Below, one piece after another: positions 61,384 through 64,000 of a stretch of DNA of 64,000 nucleotides. A program made the translations under genes and the position numbers. Origin of the DNA: Terriglobia bacterium (GTDB lineage: Bacteria; Acidobacteriota; Terriglobia; UBA7540; JAPUME01); NCBI GenBank assembly GCA_965222885.1, contig OZ244973.1:1157664-1221663 (forward strand), in the 5' to 3' direction. How positions within the stretch are numbered: the first letter of the stretch is position 1; each line of letters begins with the position of its first letter. The notes below the pieces were generated by a model. That model searched no databases. It worked only from the letters and a program-made list of their open reading frames with translations, and was not told the DNA's origin.

Positions 61384-63186
61384 ATGAGGTTCGTCAGTGT
61401 TCTGGCTCTGGCCGGGGCCTTCCTGACTGCTCTTGGCGGGGTTGATTCCGTCCCCGATCGCGGGCCGGCCACGCCCGGGCCCGGTCAGCGTCGAGTTCCC
61501 TTTGCCAGCCTGGGCACGAAGGTGGGGGAGGTCCGGCCCACCTCGGCTCTGATCCATGGTTATCTTTTGCAACGACCTGCCGACGAGCTGCTCCTCGAAC
61601 CTTATGCCGAAAGAAAATACCGCGGTCAACCCGGCTCGGTACTGCTGGAGTACGGTTCATCACCGCAAATGGAGGAATTTCCGAAACTCGTTTCCTGGAA
61701 AGAGTTTGAGCGTTACCGCTTGAACCGGGCCGCCAATGATTTTACGGCTTGGCAGCGGGTCCCGCAGAATCACTCCTTGCTCGTCAATCCGAACCATCCA
61801 TCGGAGGCCGAGCGGATGCGCGAGGCGCAGGCTTCGGATTACTCGGTTCGGGTGCGTTTGGAGTCTTTGCATCCCGAAACTCGGTACTACTTCCGAATGT
61901 GGATTCGCGGCGAAGACACCGAGCAGGTTCGAGCGGGGCGGATCCATCAGTTCACTACGGCGCCCAATCGTGAGGGTTTTAAGGACGTAAGTTTTCTGGC
62001 CGCGACCTGTTTCCACCACGGGAAGATGAAGGATTTGCGGGAGGGCGTCTGGCCCGTGGAGGGATTTCGCATGTATCGGGCCATTCTGGACCGGGTTCAA
62101 GCCGGACAGCTCTCTTTTGACTTTGCCGTGATCAACGGCGACGCGGTCTATCTGGACAAGCAGGGCAACCACTACCGAACCCGCCCGGCCCACGCGGCTG
62201 CGGGGATGCGTGCCCGGTTTTTCGACACCTACCTGACTCCCCTGGCCCGAGACTTTTTTGCACGCTTTCCCGCTTACTTTCTGAAGGATGACCACGACTG
62301 GAGGTTCAACGACGCCGACCCCGTCTTCAATGCGGCGGCTTCGCCGGGCCGGTCCTATTTGGACGTGAGAAAATACTATCGTGGTCCGCCGGGGCCCTAC
62401 CTGGGCAAACAAATTTTCGAAGAATTGCACCCCCTGGATCGAGGCGCGAGGAGCACTCCCTATCGAACCTTCCGTTGGGGGAAAGGCTTGCAGATCTGGT
62501 TGCTGGAGTCCCGGGAGTGCCGATACCCGAACGCCCGCCAACTGGGTCGATACCGGATCCGGGGGCTGGTTCCACCGCGCGAAAACCCAAGCGGCCCCTT
62601 TCTTTATTACCCGGATTATTGCGGCGTGCCTTCCCAGGAGGATTTTTGGGGAGAAAAGCAGTTCTCCTGGCTTCTGGAAGGCTTGAAAAAGAGTGATGCC
62701 CATTTTAAGATCATCATTTCACCGACGCCGGTTTTGGGGCCGGACCAGAAAATCTATGCCCAGGTCGGGCTGAATCCCTTCCGGCGGAAGCAGGACAATC
62801 ATGTGGTTCGTTTTCGCCTGGAATTCTCCCGTTTTCTGCGCGCTCTGGAAGCCGAGAAGCTCAGGAACATCTACTTCGTTTCGGGAGACCGGCACTTCCT
62901 GTGGCACAGCCGTTACCAAACGCGGGAGGGAGAATTTTCCCTCCATGAATTCGGCCCGGGGCCTTTTACGGATGATGTGGTGGCCTTCGGCAAGATGCTT
63001 TACGAGGATGAACGGGGAGGCGCGCAAGTGGTTGCAACTCTAGGGAGTTCGGGCTTCTTGCACGTTCAGGTGAAGAACGTGGCCGTTCAACCCCGCCTGC
63101 ACGTTGACTGGTACAGCATGAACGACTGGAAAACGGCTTCTGTGCGGCGCTGGTCCCACCGCTTTGAAGCTCCCTTCCTGCCCTGA
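61384..63186 (+). CDS. PhoD-like alkaline phosphatase/metallophosphoesterase
   Basis: Signal peptide MRFVSVLALAGAFLTALGG. ...INGDAVYLD..., ...LKDDHDW..., ...FVSGDRHF... Confidence 0.75.
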   Translation: MRFVSVLALAGAFLTALGGVDSVPDRGPATPGPGQRRVPFASLGTKVGEVRPTSALIHGYLLQRPADELLLEPYAERKYRGQPGSVLLEYGSSPQMEEFPKLVSWKEFERYRLNRAANDFTAWQRVPQNHSLLVNPNHPSEAERMREAQASDYSVRVRLESLHPETRYYFRMWIRGEDTEQVRAGRIHQFTTAPNREGFKDVSFLAATCFHHGKMKDLREGVWPVEGFRMYRAILDRVQAGQLSFDFAVINGDAVYLDKQGNHYRTRPAHAAAGMRARFFDTYLTPLARDFFARFPAYFLKDDHDWRFNDADPVFNAAASPGRSYLDVRKYYRGPPGPYLGKQIFEELHPLDRGARSTPYRTFRWGKGLQIWLLESRECRYPNARQLGRYRIRGLVPPRENPSGPFLYYPDYCGVPSQEDFWGEKQFSWLLEGLKKSDAHFKIIISPTPVLGPDQKIYAQVGLNPFRRKQDNHVVRFRLEFSRFLRALEAEKLRNIYFVSGDRHFLWHSRYQTREGEFSLHEFGPGPFTDDVVAFGKMLYEDERGGAQVVATLGSSGFLHVQVKNVAVQPRLHVDWYSMNDWKTASVRRWSHRFEAPFLP

Positions 63187-63431
63187 GGGTGAAGAAAAAA
63201 TCCTGACGCATCCGCTCGGTCCATAAGGCGCGGAGGTAGGATTTCCGCAAAGGCCAGGGTCTTCCCGAGAGAAATTCCAGGCCCTGATGGACAAAAATTC
63301 GTTGACACCTTTTGATAAGGTTTGTTAGTTTACGAAGCTTGCGCTTTGAGCAACGTGCCGACTCTTTTTTTATCCTTTGAAGAAGCCCTCCGGACGAGTT
63401 GTTCGAGCATCCATTGAGGTAAAAAGGCCGA

Positions 63432-63986
63432 ATGTTTGTGGCCAAAAAAATCTTTCTGACCAAGGGTGTCGGAAAGAGCCGCGAAAGGCTGAGTTCCTTT
63501 GAACTGGCTCTTCGTTCGGCTGGTATTGCGGCCTTCAACCTTGTCCGCGTCTCCAGCATCTTTCCCCCGGGTTGCCGGCTGATCTCCCGGGCCCAGGGCA
63601 TGAGAGCGCTCCGGCCGGGTCAGGTCGTATATGCCGTCATGAGTGAAAACTCGACGCGTGAACCGCACCGACTGGTAGCGGCGTCCATCGGTCTGGCTCT
63701 GCCGGCCGACAAGAAGATGTACGGCTACCTCTCCGAACACCACTCCTTCGGCGAGACCGAGGAGGTGGCGGGCGAATATGCCGAGGAGTTGGCGGCCGAG
63801 ATGCTGGCCACCACGCTGAATGTGGAGTTCGACCCCGACCGAAGCTGGGACGAAAAGAAGGAAATCTATCGCATCTCGAACCGTATAGTACGCACGACGG
63901 AAACCACCCAATCCGCCATCGGGGACAAGCAAGGCCGATGGACTACGGTGTTGGCAGCGGCCATTATGCTGGGGAGCGAAGATTGA
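63432..63986 (+). CDS. pdaD: Pyruvoyl-dependent arginine decarboxylase
   Basis: ...[18 protein letters not shown]... carries the self-cleavage Ser-Ser site context. The size (184 aa) is typical. Confidence 0.85.
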   Translation: MFVAKKIFLTKGVGKSRERLSSFELALRSAGIAAFNLVRVSSIFPPGCRLISRAQGMRALRPGQVVYAVMSENSTREPHRLVAASIGLALPADKKMYGYLSEHHSFGETEEVAGEYAEELAAEMLATTLNVEFDPDRSWDEKKEIYRISNRIVRTTETTQSAIGDKQGRWTTVLAAAIMLGSED

Positions 63987-64000
63987 AATCGAAGAAAAGA

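Overview
This is a 64-kb bacterial chromosomal window, GC-rich (roughly 58-62% by eye). I recognised no rRNA or tRNA genes.

Positions 1-14.4 kb are an accessory island that reads as a graveyard of defence and mobile-element genes:
- a 5'-truncated IS630 transposase fused to a foreign membrane N-terminus;
- excisionase and integrase stubs;
- a cas3 HD stub;
- an hsdM N-terminal stub joined tail-to-tail to a DUF4011-type SF1 helicase, which is itself split by an intact IS630 flanked by a TA duplication;
- an orphan mobC.

Intact accessory genes sit among these wrecks: a zinc-ribbon/helical protein, and a BON-ankyrin plus PD-(D/E)XK nuclease operon.

The most striking unit is a 3.16-kb IS1595-family element (11105-14266). 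Its 24-bp perfect terminal inverted repeats enclose a translationally coupled operon of transposase, a P63C-domain protein and a DNA methyltransferase-HNH nuclease fusion. It sits 29 bp from a two-repeat CRISPR remnant.

The remaining ~50 kb is mostly housekeeping: xylB, doc/antitoxin, nrdR, aroA, rnpB, ligA, thiE, class II RNR nrdJ with NrdR boxes, carD, acnA-icd-mdh and pdaD. It is punctuated by small insertions:
- a high-GC BCCT transporter block that truncates an AI-2E transporter gene;
- a five-gene P2-like tail-X/holin remnant with unusual partners and a poly-G frameshift;
- an IS1595 stub with junk ORFs;
- a low-GC TPR/HEPN-like gene wedged between icd and mdh.

All family calls come from motif recognition in the supplied translations and from reading the DNA. 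No database search, folding or composition computation was possible.
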